DNA of 64,000 nucleotides. It comes from Verrucomicrobiota bacterium. Lineage in GTDB: Bacteria; Verrucomicrobiota; Verrucomicrobiia; Opitutales; Opitutaceae. Where the stretch lies: NCBI GenBank assembly GCA_023457035.1, contig JAEWNN010000136.1, forward strand, positions 4,918 to 68,917, written 5' to 3'. Numbering within the stretch: the first letter of the stretch is position 1; each line of letters begins with the position of its first letter. A program made the position numbers and the translations under genes. A model generated the notes under the pieces. The model was not told the origin of the DNA and did not search any database. It worked only from the letters and a program-made list of their open reading frames with translations. Of this stretch, positions 25,826 to 34,998 are shown in pieces.

Positions 25826-26275
25826 ATGAACAGTCGTTCCCTCTCCCTGCTCGTCGCCATTCCGCTGGCGGCTTTGATGGTTCGCGCCGAAGTCAACATC
25901 GATGCTCTGGTCGCTCAGGCTGTGGCGGACGCCGACAAGGCGCCGGCGCTCATCGCGAAGACGGCCTCGGACAACCCCGACGTGGCGGTGAAGCTGGTCG
26001 GTGCCGCGGCGACCGCGATGCCGGCCAAGGTCACGGAGATCGCCTGCGAGGTGTGCAAGAGCCTGCCGAAGCTCGCCCCGGAGATCGTGCGCACGGTGCT
26101 CGATGTCTATCCCGACCGTTCGGCCGAGATCGTCGCGGGCGTGGCCGATTGTGTGCCCGCCGAGGTGCGCGAGGCGCTGGCGGCATCCCCGGCGGCGTTG
26201 GCCGCTCCTGCCGCTGGAGCGCCGCTCCCGCCGCTGCAGCCCCTCGACCCCGACATCGTCAGCCCCTCCAACTGA
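25826..26275 (+). CDS. Secreted Ala-rich small protein (149 aa)
   Basis: The internal ATG at 25826 gives MNSRSLSLLVAIPLAALMVRAEV, a signal peptide. This is the first gene of the EPS-export string. Confidence 0.6.
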   Translation: MNSRSLSLLVAIPLAALMVRAEVNIDALVAQAVADADKAPALIAKTASDNPDVAVKLVGAAATAMPAKVTEIACEVCKSLPKLAPEIVRTVLDVYPDRSAEIVAGVADCVPAEVREALAASPAALAAPAAGAPLPPLQPLDPDIVSPSN

Positions 26276-26303
26276 GCCCTTTTCGTTCTCCAAAGATCCA
26301 GCC

Positions 26304-27464
26304 ATGAACTGCAAAACGATCGTCGGGATCGCCGCGTGTGTATTTGTGCCCGCTCTGGCCAGCGCCCAGACCGGAATCGCCTTGGGCCCGGACCTCTCGC
26401 TCCATCTGACTGGAGATGCCCAGGTGCGGTGGGATGACAATGTGCGCCTTGCCGCCGAGGGCGACTCCTCCGACCTGGCTTGGGTCTTCACTCCCGGTCT
26501 TGAGCTGAGCTACTTGGGCGGTCTCTCGAAGGGCACGCTCACGGTCACCGAAGAGATCACCAGCTACGACGACATTGCCCACCGGATCTACGAGGACGAG
26601 TTATTCTCGGCTGTCGGCCGCTACTCCTACGAGGGGGCGCTCACCAAGGTGACTGCGCAGGCCGGTTATCGCGAACTCAACCAGGGCAGCATGACCATGC
26701 GCAATCGCGAGCAGGCGGTCCGCCACACCGTGACCAACGCGAGTGTGGATGGCCTCTGGTCGGCAACCGCGAAGACCCGCATCGGGGCCGGCTTCGGGTA
26801 CAACGCGATCGACTACCCGGAATCGGCGTTGGCCGACAGCGTGAACGTCACCGTCCCGCTCGATTTCTACTACGCCGCCACGCCGAAGGTCGATGTGAGC
26901 GTCGGCTACCGGTATCGTGCCACCTATATCTGGGAACGCGGCACCGCGCCGTCGGCCGACTCGAAGGATCACTTCTTCAATGTGGGCGCGAAGGGCGAGT
27001 TCACCCCGAAGCTCAATGGCCAGTTCCGCGTCGGCTACGGCATGCGCAATCCCGAGGTTGGCGAGACCACCGGCCAGCTCGGCTTCTCCGGCGCGCTGAC
27101 CTACGTCTATTCCCCGAAGGCCTCCTTCGATCTCACCGTTTCCAACGACTTCAACAACTCCGGTTTGGGCACGTCCCAGAAGGTCCTCTCCTTCGGCGCT
27201 TCGGGCCGGTTCGCGTTCACCCCGCAATGGAGCGCCGGCATGGGGCTCAGCTACGAGATGTCCGACTACGCCGCGGTGCCGGGCGTCACGCCGAGCGTGC
27301 GGCGCGAAGACGAGTTCTTCGTCGGCAACGCCAGCGTCGTCTATGCCCTGGACGAGGTGATCTCGTTCTACGCCATGTATGCCCACCGGGAGAATTCCTC
27401 GAATCGCAGCGGGTTGGGTTTCAACAGCAACATCCTGAGCTTCGGAGCTTCTCTCCGCTACTGA
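26304..27464 (+). CDS. Outer-membrane beta-barrel protein (EpsL-like, polysaccharide-locus associated)
   Basis: The protein has a signal peptide (MNCKTIVGIAACVFVPALASAQ), an alternating beta-strand pattern, and an aromatic C-terminus ...ILSFGASLRY. Confidence 0.7.
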   Translation: MNCKTIVGIAACVFVPALASAQTGIALGPDLSLHLTGDAQVRWDDNVRLAAEGDSSDLAWVFTPGLELSYLGGLSKGTLTVTEEITSYDDIAHRIYEDELFSAVGRYSYEGALTKVTAQAGYRELNQGSMTMRNREQAVRHTVTNASVDGLWSATAKTRIGAGFGYNAIDYPESALADSVNVTVPLDFYYAATPKVDVSVGYRYRATYIWERGTAPSADSKDHFFNVGAKGEFTPKLNGQFRVGYGMRNPEVGETTGQLGFSGALTYVYSPKASFDLTVSNDFNNSGLGTSQKVLSFGASGRFAFTPQWSAGMGLSYEMSDYAAVPGVTPSVRREDEFFVGNASVVYALDEVISFYAMYAHRENSSNRSGLGFNSNILSFGASLRY

Positions 27465-27465
27465 A

Positions 27466-28092
27466 GTGACTGGATTCTCGTCGGTTCGTCTCCATTCCGG
27501 GAGCGGCGCCCTGCGGCGCCTCCCGGGCCTGTTCGGTTTGCTGGTCCTGCTGCTGCCCTTCTGGGTGGCGGCGGCCCCGGTCACCTCCAAGGACTACACG
27601 CTCGAGCCGGGCGATGTGGTCAGTGTGAAGGTCTTTCAGGAGCCGGACCTGGATCGTGAGTTGCGCGTCTCCCAGGAGGGGGACCTCTATCTGCCGCTCA
27701 TCGGGCGGGTGGAGGCGCGCGGTCGCTCCGTGGCCGAGGTCGAGCGGGTTGTGCGCGAGGCGTACGATCGCGACTATCTCGTCAACCCGCAGATCAACAT
27801 CCTCGTCGTCAAGTATCAGGTTTCCACGGTCAACGTTCTCGGGGCGGTGAACTCGCCCCAGGCCGTCGAGTACCCGCCCGAGCAGCAGCTCACGCTCATC
27901 GACGCGGTGTCCCGGGCCGGCGGGTTCAGCCGCCTGGCCGACCGCCGGCGGGTTCGCCTGTCGCGCACCCTGCCCGATGGGCGGGTGGAAAATCTTGTCA
28001 TCAACGCCGATGAACTCATGTCCGGAGCCGCCAAGGACCCGCTGGTGCTGCGCCGGGACGATGTCATCTATGTTCCGGAGCGCGTGTTATGA
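27466..28092 (+). CDS. Polysaccharide export protein (short Wza/EpsE-like form; Poly_export plus SLBB)
   Basis: The protein contains YTLEPGDVVSVKVFQEPDLDRELRVSQEGDLYLPLIGRVEARGRSVAEVE and VNVLGAVNSPQAVEY. The start is GTG. Confidence 0.85.
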   Translation: MTGFSSVRLHSGSGALRRLPGLFGLLVLLLPFWVAAAPVTSKDYTLEPGDVVSVKVFQEPDLDRELRVSQEGDLYLPLIGRVEARGRSVAEVERVVREAYDRDYLVNPQINILVVKYQVSTVNVLGAVNSPQAVEYPPEQQLTLIDAVSRAGGFSRLADRRRVRLSRTLPDGRVENLVINADELMSGAAKDPLVLRRDDVIYVPERVL

Positions 28093-30341
28093 CCAACCCT
28101 GATCCGTCCGATCCGGGCCCGGCGGCCGCCGGCGAGGGGCGCCGCCCCGCCCCCGCCCAGCCCGAGCACCGCGCCGGCGGCGAGGGCCACTACGGCTACG
28201 GCCCCGACGCCTACGGCTACGGCGAGCCGGACGGCTCGCCCCACCGCAGCCTCCGCGACTACCTGCTGATCCTGCGCGAGCGCATGTGGTATGTGATCGT
28301 GGTGTTCCTGGTCGTGTGCAGCGCGTCCCTCGTCTACACCTTCAGCCGCACCAAGCAGTACACCGCCAGCGCCACCATCGAGATCCTGCGCCGCGACGCC
28401 GTGGTCATGAAGGTCGCGGAGGTCCGCGACTCCGAGCTGCGTGGACCCGAGGATCTGAACACGCAGGTGAAGCTGCTCGAGAGCTACGCCATCGTCGAGA
28501 AGGTGGCCGAGCGCCTCGTCGGCGAGGACGCCAAGGCCTTCATGGCCCCGTACGACAAGGGCGGCAGCGGCGATCCGATCATGCCCCGCGAGATCATCGG
28601 GGCCAACCGCCTCATCACCCCGATCCGGCAGACGCGCGTCCTCGTCGTCAGCTACACCCACCCGAACCCGGTCGTCGCGGCGAAGGTGGCCAATCTCTTC
28701 GTCGACGAGTTCATGACCTACAACGCGCGCCAGCGCATGAGCGAATCGATGAAGGCCGTCGAGGACCTCAAGAACCGCGCCGACACGCAGAGCAAGAAGG
28801 TCCAGGAGATCGGCATCAACATCCAGGCGTACAAGGAGCGCAACAACATGGTGTCCCTCGACCAGCGCAAGGACATCGTCACGGAGAAGCTCAAGGCGCT
28901 CAATTCGCTGCTCACCCAGTCGGCGGCGCGCATGAAGGACGCCGAGGTCCGCTGGCGGCAGGTGCAGGAGGCCCGGCGCGACGGCATCCCGTTGTCCGAC
29001 CTCACCTTCATCGCGGCCAGCCCGCTGATCTCGAATCTGTCCCAGCAGGTCGCGGCGCAGAAGATCGCGCTCGCGCAGCTCCAGCAGCGTTACCGCGCCA
29101 AGCATCCGAAGATGCTCGAGGCCGTGCATTCGCTCGGACAGACCGAGGCCGAGCTGGCCCGCGCGCTGGTCACGGCCGCCAGCAACGTGCTCAGCGAGTA
29201 CGAGACGAACCGCCGTTCGTATGAGCAGACTCGCGACGATCTCGCCGCCCAGGAGACGGAGGCGCTCAAGCTCGACCGGATGCTGCTCGAGTACAAATCC
29301 GCCCAGAACGAGCTGGAGGTGAACGAGCAGCTGCTCGCGAGCATCGTGGCCCGCATGCGCGAGACGGCGATGAGCGCCAACATCGAGACGCAGAACGCCC
29401 GCCGGCTCGATCGGGCGCTGCCGCCGGGCAACCATTCCTATCCGCGCTACCTCACCAACATCGCCGCGGGGGTCTTCGGCGGGCTCGGGCTCGGCCTGGC
29501 CTTCGCGTTCTTCGTGGCGTTCATCGACGACCGCGTGAAGAGCGCCTTCGACATCGAGGCGGTCGTCGGGCTCCCGCTCATCGCCATCGTCCCGCAGATC
29601 CGCCGGCTGGAGGCGATCGAGAAATCCCAGGTCGCCCTCTCCAACGCCGACCCGCAGGCGGCCGAGGCGTTCCTCTCGCTCCACTCCAACCTGCGCCTCA
29701 AGGACGAGAGCAAGAACGCCAAGGTCATCCTCGTCACCAGCACGACCCCGAGCGAGGGCAAGTCCTTCGTGAGCTCCAACCTGGCCCTCACCTTCGCCGC
29801 CCACGGCGAGCGCACGATCATCATCGACTGCGACCTGCGGAAACCCAACGTCCACCGCTCCTTCGGCGTCCCGAATCTCAAGGGCGTGATCGACTTCTGT
29901 GTCGGTGGTGCGGACCTGGAGTCGCTCATCCTCAAGAACCATCAGCCCAACTTCGACATCCTGCCGACGGGCGGGCGGGCGAAGAATCCCACGCAGGTGC
30001 TGAACAGCCCCGAGTTCGGCCGGCTCTTCGCGGAGTTGCGCAAGCGCTACGACCGCGTGGTCGTCGACACGCCGCCCCTGGCCGCGGTGAGCGACGCGAT
30101 GGTCCTGCTGCCGCTCGTCGATGGCTCGGTCTTCACGATCATGTTCAACCACGTCCGCCGGAAGGCGGCGCAGTTCTGCGCGCGACGGCTCACGCAGACT
30201 AACGTGCCCTGCTTCGGCGCGGTGCTCAACGCGCTGAACGTCTCGGCCAGCGGCTACTACTACGCGCAGTATTACGATAAGTCCTACAAGGACTACTTCG
30301 TCGCCGCGGACGACGGTTCCGGTTCCGGCAAACACAGCTAG
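28089..30341 (+). CDS. Chain-length determinant / tyrosine autokinase (Wzc/GumC/EpsFG-like fusion)
   Basis: The protein has a Wzz-like N-terminus with a TM segment, a long coiled-coil, a P-loop (VTSTTPSEGKSFVSSNLA), the motif VVVDTPP, and a Tyr-rich tail SGYYYAQYYDKSYKDYF. It overlaps the upstream gene by ATGA. Confidence 0.9.
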   Translation: MTNPDPSDPGPAAAGEGRRPAPAQPEHRAGGEGHYGYGPDAYGYGEPDGSPHRSLRDYLLILRERMWYVIVVFLVVCSASLVYTFSRTKQYTASATIEILRRDAVVMKVAEVRDSELRGPEDLNTQVKLLESYAIVEKVAERLVGEDAKAFMAPYDKGGSGDPIMPREIIGANRLITPIRQTRVLVVSYTHPNPVVAAKVANLFVDEFMTYNARQRMSESMKAVEDLKNRADTQSKKVQEIGINIQAYKERNNMVSLDQRKDIVTEKLKALNSLLTQSAARMKDAEVRWRQVQEARRDGIPLSDLTFIAASPLISNLSQQVAAQKIALAQLQQRYRAKHPKMLEAVHSLGQTEAELARALVTAASNVLSEYETNRRSYEQTRDDLAAQETEALKLDRMLLEYKSAQNELEVNEQLLASIVARMRETAMSANIETQNARRLDRALPPGNHSYPRYLTNIAAGVFGGLGLGLAFAFFVAFIDDRVKSAFDIEAVVGLPLIAIVPQIRRLEAIEKSQVALSNADPQAAEAFLSLHSNLRLKDESKNAKVILVTSTTPSEGKSFVSSNLALTFAAHGERTIIIDCDLRKPNVHRSFGVPNLKGVIDFCVGGADLESLILKNHQPNFDILPTGGRAKNPTQVLNSPEFGRLFAELRKRYDRVVVDTPPLAAVSDAMVLLPLVDGSVFTIMFNHVRRKAAQFCARRLTQTNVPCFGAVLNALNVSASGYYYAQYYDKSYKDYFVAADDGSGSGKHS

Positions 30342-30388
30342 CCGGCGCCCGCGGCCCGGTCCGCGCGGCCTTCGCACCGCAGTCGCTG

Positions 30389-30421
30389 GGGACGGAGCAA
30401 GCCTCCGTCCCTTCTTGTTTT
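30389..30421 (+). terminator. Intrinsic terminator after the Wzc-like gene
   Basis: The stem is GGGACGGAG-caagc-CTCCGTCCC, followed by TTCTTGTTTT. Confidence 0.6.
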
Positions 30422-30466
30422 CGTGGCGGAACTCCGGAGAAACGCGGCGCCGCTCAGGCGGCACCG

Positions 30467-31471
30467 CTACTCGTGCCCGCGCCGCTTCGCGGCCGCGCGG
30501 CGCAGCCGGTCGTTGACGGCGATGCCCGCACCGGTCTCCGGGGCGAGTTCGGCGTGGAGGCGGCGCAGGCCGGCGCGGTCGAGTTGGTGGAGCGCGGCAA
30601 ACAGCCGCCGCGCGGCCTCCTTGGCGCTGCCGCGGCGGGAGAGGATCGTCACTTGGGCGGCCGTCTTCGGAAGGCCCCGGTCCGGCGCCGCGAACAGGAT
30701 GATTCCCTCGTCGGCCGCGGCGCGGCGCAGGAGCGCCGTGGAGATCCGGCCGTGCAGTTGCAGCGGTGTGCGTGGACTGTAGTGACGCGTGAGCAGGCCG
30801 GGGGCGCGCAGGGGGCCGGCGGCGACGATCGCCTCGTTGCGTACCGGCACCGGTCGGCCGAGCACCTTGGCGATTTGCGCGGCGGTGATTCCGCCCACCC
30901 GCAGGACTTCCGGTGCGGCCGGATCGGAGAGGTCGACGATCGTCGACTCGACCCCGACGTGGCAGGCCCCCCCGTCGATGATATGCGGGATGCGTCGCCC
31001 GAGCCCGGCCTCGACGTGCTCGGCGGTGGTCGGGCTGATGAAGCCGAAGGGATTGGCGCTCGGTGCGGCGAGCGGCAGCCGGCAGAACCGTAGCAGCCGG
31101 CGCATCACCGGATGGGCGGGACAGCGGATGGCAACGGTCGGACCGCCCGCGGTGGCGACCGCGGGCACGAGCGGGCGCTTGCGTAGGACGATCGTGAGCG
31201 GACCGGGCCAGAAGGCGCGCATGAGCCGCCGCGCCTCGGTGTTGAGGAAGGCGAGCCGCGCGGCGGCCGCCACCGAGGGCACGTGCACGATCAGTGGATC
31301 GGTGAGGGGACGCTGCTTGGCGCGGAAAATGGCGCGGCAGGCGCGGGGCTCGAGCGCGTTGGCGGCGAGCCCGTAGACGGTCTCGGTGGGCACGGCGACG
31401 AGACCACCTTCGGCGAGGACGCGGGCGAGCCGCCGGAGGTTGGCTGTGGTTGGCTGATGGATCGCCGCCAT
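30467..31471 (-). CDS. tsaC: L-threonylcarbamoyladenylate synthase (Sua5/YwlC type, with a C-terminal Sua5 domain)
   Basis: The protein contains VAVPTETVYGLAANAL, AIFRAKQRPLTDPLIVHV, WPGPLTIVL and SANPFG. Confidence 0.9.
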   Translation of the reverse strand: MAAIHQPTTANLRRLARVLAEGGLVAVPTETVYGLAANALEPRACRAIFRAKQRPLTDPLIVHVPSVAAAARLAFLNTEARRLMRAFWPGPLTIVLRKRPLVPAVATAGGPTVAIRCPAHPVMRRLLRFCRLPLAAPSANPFGFISPTTAEHVEAGLGRRIPHIIDGGACHVGVESTIVDLSDPAAPEVLRVGGITAAQIAKVLGRPVPVRNEAIVAAGPLRAPGLLTRHYSPRTPLQLHGRISTALLRRAAADEGIILFAAPDRGLPKTAAQVTILSRRGSAKEAARRLFAALHQLDRAGLRRLHAELAPETGAGIAVNDRLRRAAAKRRGHE

Positions 31472-31489
31472 GTGCCGGGGGGTGGACCC

Positions 31490-31519
31490 AAAAAAAAAGC
31501 CGGAGCGTGAACTCCGGCT
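31490..31519 (-). terminator. Intrinsic terminator after rpsR
   Basis: The minus strand reads AGCCGGAG-ttcacg-CTCCGGCT followed by nine T (A-run 31490-31498 on the plus strand). Confidence 0.7.
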
Positions 31520-31544
31520 TCGGAAAACGGGCGGAGCCGACGGC

Positions 31545-31766
31545 TTAGGCCGCCAGGTGGATGTTGCGCGCGCGCTTGATGGTCTTGGTGACCTTGCGCT
31601 GCTGCTTCGCCGACATCCGGGTGTACTTGCGGGGAAGGAGCTTGCCGGTGTCGGTCGTGTAACGGCCGAACGACTGGGTGTTGTGGAAAGGAATCTCGTC
31701 CGGGGAGAGACTGCGGGACTTGGTCTCGGGCTTGGTCTCGGTCGTGGTCTCGGTCGTGGTGGTCAT
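31545..31766 (-). CDS. rpsR: 30S ribosomal protein S18 with a Thr/Glu-rich N-terminal extension
   Basis: The sequence is MTTTTETTTETKPETKSRSLSPDEIPFHNTQSFGRYTTDTGKLLPRKYTRMSAKQQRKVTKTIKRARNIHLAA. The GKLLPRK...QR...IKRAR core is S18-like. Confidence 0.85.
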   Translation of the reverse strand: MTTTTETTTETKPETKSRSLSPDEIPFHNTQSFGRYTTDTGKLLPRKYTRMSAKQQRKVTKTIKRARNIHLAA

Positions 31767-31954
31767 ACGAAAGGCGCCGAGGCTCCGCTCTCGGCCGGGC
31801 AAGTCAACCCCTTTTTCCTTTTCGCGTGCGGTCGGGCGGAGTTGCTGCGTCGGCATCGCGCTGCGGCGCGGGAAAATGTGGAGGCCGGGCGGTGTTCCGC
31901 GGGGAAAAGGCCTTGCACTCGACATGGGCGCGGCTTTCATCCGGCGCAACTTTC

Positions 31955-32046
31955 GGAGAGATGCCCGAGTGGCCGAAGGGGGCGGTTTGCTAAACCGTTA
32001 TAGGTGTAACAGCCTATCGGGGGTTCGAATCCCCCTCTCTCCGCCA
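31955..32046 (+). tRNA. tRNA-Ser (anticodon GCU), type II with a long variable arm and encoded CCA
   Basis: The manual fold is GGAGAGA|TG|CCC|GAGTGGCCGAA|GGG|G|GCGGT|TTGCTAA|ACCGT|TATAGGTGTAACAGCCTATC|GGGGG|TTCGAAT|CCCCC|TCTCTCC|G|CCA. Confidence 0.9.
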
Positions 32047-32098
32047 GTTTCCGCTGCGGCGGCTGGCGCTTCCCGCGGACCACGCAGTGGCGTTTCTA

Positions 32099-32770
32099 CT
32101 ACGACTGTTCGTCGTCGTCGCGCGGGTGCTCCTGTTCCTGTCGGCACTCGCGGACGACTCGCAGGCAGATCTCGCGCAGATCGAAGAGGCGGGCCAACGC
32201 GTACCGGCTCAGCGGCGGACCGGCGTCGCCGGGCGCGGCATCGGCCGCGGCGTCGGGAAGCACCCCCATGGCGGAGTTGAGCAGACCGAGCGCCCGTTTG
32301 AGCTCGGAGATGCCGAGCGTGTTGTCGCCGAGGTCGAGCGACTGCACGCCGAGCACGACGGCCATCTCGGCCCGGTGCAGGCGGCGCAACAGCGTGAACG
32401 CCTGCGCGGGGGCGATCCCTTCTCCGGCGACCACCGCCGTCTCCAGCCTTTCGATCAGGCTGGCGAAGAGCGCGCGGGTGGCGACGTAGACCGGGTTGCG
32501 GTGCAGCGTGTAGGGGTCGAGATCGTCGGAGTCGAAGTCGTCGTCCTCCTCGCCGTCGAGATCGCCGTCGAGCGTGGGCTCCCACCCGAGTTGGCGGGCC
32601 ACCTCGTCGAGGCGGTCGGCCGATTCGGCGGCCTGATCGTAGCAACGGCGGTACTCGGTCACGGCCTCGTCGCGTTGCCGCAGGTAACGCTCCCAGTCGA
32701 ACTCGTTCCAAACGAGTTCGCCATGCTCCTCACCATCGTCGGGACTGCTGTTGTTGCTGGAGTTGTTCAT
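32099..32770 (-). CDS. Acidic hypothetical protein (223 aa)
   Basis: The internal ATG (CAT 32768-32770) gives MNNSSNNSSPDDGEEHGELVWNEFDWERYLRQ... with Asp/Glu-rich stretches. I recognise no domain. Confidence 0.6.
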   Translation of the reverse strand: MNNSSNNSSPDDGEEHGELVWNEFDWERYLRQRDEAVTEYRRCYDQAAESADRLDEVARQLGWEPTLDGDLDGEEDDDFDSDDLDPYTLHRNPVYVATRALFASLIERLETAVVAGEGIAPAQAFTLLRRLHRAEMAVVLGVQSLDLGDNTLGISELKRALGLLNSAMGVLPDAAADAAPGDAGPPLSRYALARLFDLREICLRVVRECRQEQEHPRDDDEQS

Positions 32771-32939
32771 GGCGTGCGGGGCCGAGGGCCTCGGCCGCGC
32801 AGTGTGAATCCGGCGGGGGGCAAGGAAAGGGAAATAACCGCGTTTGGACGCGCGACGCACGGAACGTGCGTTCCGGGTTGAGTTTGCGCATGATTTTGGG
32901 CGTGATGATGCCGCTTCAAGTCACTCCCTTCTCGGCCGC

Positions 32940-33215
32940 ATGAGCGAAGTCCAGCACGAGACCGTCTATTTCACCGGGCATGTCCAGGGCGTGGGGTTCC
33001 GTTACACCACGAGCCAGGTCGCGAAGGAGTACGAGGTCACCGGCTTCGTGCGCAACCTGCCCGACGGGCGGGTGCACCTCGAGGTCGAGGGCGAGAAGCC
33101 CGAGATCGAGGCCTTTCTGCGCGGGCTCGCCGAGGCCATGCCGGGCTACATCCGCAAGACCGAACGCAGCGGCGAGCGGAGGTCGCCGCAGTTCTCGGGA
33201 TTCACAATCCGGTGA
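32940..33215 (+). CDS. acyP: Acylphosphatase
   Basis: The sequence is MSEVQHETVYFTGHVQGVGFRYTTSQVAKEYEVTGFVRNLPDGRVHLEVEG, which carries the V.G.VQGVGFR signature. Confidence 0.85.
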   Translation: MSEVQHETVYFTGHVQGVGFRYTTSQVAKEYEVTGFVRNLPDGRVHLEVEGEKPEIEAFLRGLAEAMPGYIRKTERSGERRSPQFSGFTIR

Positions 33216-33236
33216 CGGCCTGAGGCAACCGGAGGC

Positions 33237-34139
33237 ATGGCGATGGCGGCAAACAAGACCGATCCGGCGCAGCGCCCTCCCGCCATCGAGATCCGGCGCC
33301 TGACCAAGGACTATCCGCTCCCCGGCGGGCGCCAGCGGGTGCGCGCCGTCGACGACCTCTCCCTGCGCGTCCACCCCGGGCAAGTCTATGGGCTGCTCGG
33401 GCCCAACGGCTCGGGCAAGAGCACCACGCTCAAGGCCCTGCTCGGGCTGCTGCGGCCGACGCTGGGCGACTGTCTCCTCGCGGGCGTGCCCGGCTCCGAC
33501 CCGGCCGCGCATCGGGCGATCGGTTACCTGCCGGAGGCGCCGTATTTCCCGCGGTTCCTGAGCGGGCGCGAGCTGCTGCGTTTCCACGCGAAACTGGCGG
33601 GCGTGCCCCGTGCGGGGCGGGAGGAGCGGATCGCGGCGCTGCTCCGGCGCGTCGGGCTGGCCCATGCGGCCGACCGGCGGGTCGGCGCCTACTCGAAGGG
33701 CATGCTGCAGCGCGTCGGCCTCGCACAGGCGCTTGTGGCCGATCCTCCGATACTGATCCTCGACGAGCCGACCGCGGGCGTCGACCCGGGCGGGGCGGCC
33801 GACATCGCGGCGCTGATCCTCGAGCAGAAGGCGCGCGGCCGGACGGTGCTGCTTTGCTCGCACCTGCTCACGCAGATCGAGGAGATCTGCGACCGGGTGG
33901 CGATCCTGCACCGTGGGCGGTTGTTGGCCGAGGGCGCGCTGGACGAGTTGCTCGGGCGCTGTGGTCGGCAGTCGCTTGTCGTGGAGAACCTGCCGCCGGA
34001 GGAACTCGCCGCCTTCGAAGACTGGCTGGCCGAACGGGGCGGGCGACTGCACGCGGTGGAGCGGCCGGCGGCGCGGCTGGATCGTTATTTTCTCGAGACG
34101 GTCGAGCGGGCCGAGCGGGAAGGGGATGCCTCCCGATGA
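33237..34139 (+). CDS. ABC transporter ATP-binding protein (ABC-2 type)
   Basis: The protein has Walker A GPNGSGKST, the signature YSKGMLQR and Walker B ILILDEPTAGVD. A GGAGG sits 1 nt upstream of the ATG. Confidence 0.9.
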   Translation: MAMAANKTDPAQRPPAIEIRRLTKDYPLPGGRQRVRAVDDLSLRVHPGQVYGLLGPNGSGKSTTLKALLGLLRPTLGDCLLAGVPGSDPAAHRAIGYLPEAPYFPRFLSGRELLRFHAKLAGVPRAGREERIAALLRRVGLAHAADRRVGAYSKGMLQRVGLAQALVADPPILILDEPTAGVDPGGAADIAALILEQKARGRTVLLCSHLLTQIEEICDRVAILHRGRLLAEGALDELLGRCGRQSLVVENLPPEELAAFEDWLAERGGRLHAVERPAARLDRYFLETVERAEREGDASR

Positions 34140-34990
34140 GCGCCGTCGACAGGGGATCGCTGCGCTTCTCGTTCCGCCGGGTGGGCGTGTTCGCCGCGCA
34201 TGCGTTCCTCGATGCGGTGCGACAGCGCGTGTTCCAATTCACGACGCTGCTGGCGGCGGGGCTCGTCGTCGGCAGCCTGGGACTGCGCGAACTGGACTTC
34301 GGCGGCGCGGAGCTGAAGTTCGTGGCGGACTTCGGCCATGGCGCGCTGGTGCTCTTCGGCTCGGTGCTGACGATCGCGACGACGGTGCAGCTTCTCGGCG
34401 GTGAACTGGAGAACCGCACCGTGCTGCCGGTGCTGGCGCGGCCCGTGCGGCGCAGCGAGTTCATCTGCGGCAAGTTTTTCGGCGCATGGGCGGTCGTGCT
34501 GGTGTTCTGCGCAGCCGTTACGGCGGTGCTGCTGGGCGCGCTCTGGCTGGGGGCGCAGGCGTTGCCCCCTCCGCTCGCGGACGCGCCGTCGGTGTCGGCG
34601 GCCGCGGTCCCGTACGCCGGGGTGCTGCTCGGCGGAGCGCTCCAGGGCGTGAAGTTCGGACTGCTCGTGGCGATGGTGTTGCTGGTCGGCAGCTACGCGC
34701 GCTCGAACCTGTTTGCGCAGGCGACGAGCTTCCTCGTGCTGGTGATCTGTCATCTGCAGTACCTCGCGCGCGACGCCTGGCAGACCGGACACGGCTGGCT
34801 GGAACGGTTCGGTGGCGGGCTGATCGGGCTGGTGTTCCCCAACTTCCAGCTTTTCGGCGGCGAGCATCTGACTGCCGGAACCGACGGTGCGGCGCTGGCG
34901 CTTGGCGGTCGGGTGGCGCTCTACGGGCTGGCCTACACGGCGGCGTTCCTGACGCTGGCGGTGTGGAGTTTCCGCCGGCGCGAGATCTGA
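34136..34990 (+). CDS. ABC-2-type transporter permease
   Basis: The ATG at 34136 overlaps the ATPase stop (ATGA). The protein has six or so hydrophobic segments and the motif GGELENRTVLPVLARPVRR. Confidence 0.75.
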   Translation: MSAVDRGSLRFSFRRVGVFAAHAFLDAVRQRVFQFTTLLAAGLVVGSLGLRELDFGGAELKFVADFGHGALVLFGSVLTIATTVQLLGGELENRTVLPVLARPVRRSEFICGKFFGAWAVVLVFCAAVTAVLLGALWLGAQALPPPLADAPSVSAAAVPYAGVLLGGALQGVKFGLLVAMVLLVGSYARSNLFAQATSFLVLVICHLQYLARDAWQTGHGWLERFGGGLIGLVFPNFQLFGGEHLTAGTDGAALALGGRVALYGLAYTAAFLTLAVWSFRRREI

Positions 34991-34998
34991 GGCGCGCC

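Noticed and set aside
31955-32046. tRNA-Ser as a genomic-island integration site.
   Set aside because: I did not see a second copy of the tRNA 3' end (GGTTCGAATCCCCCTCTCTCC) anywhere in the window. The flanking genes (rpsR, an acidic protein, acyP) have normal composition, and no integrase is adjacent.
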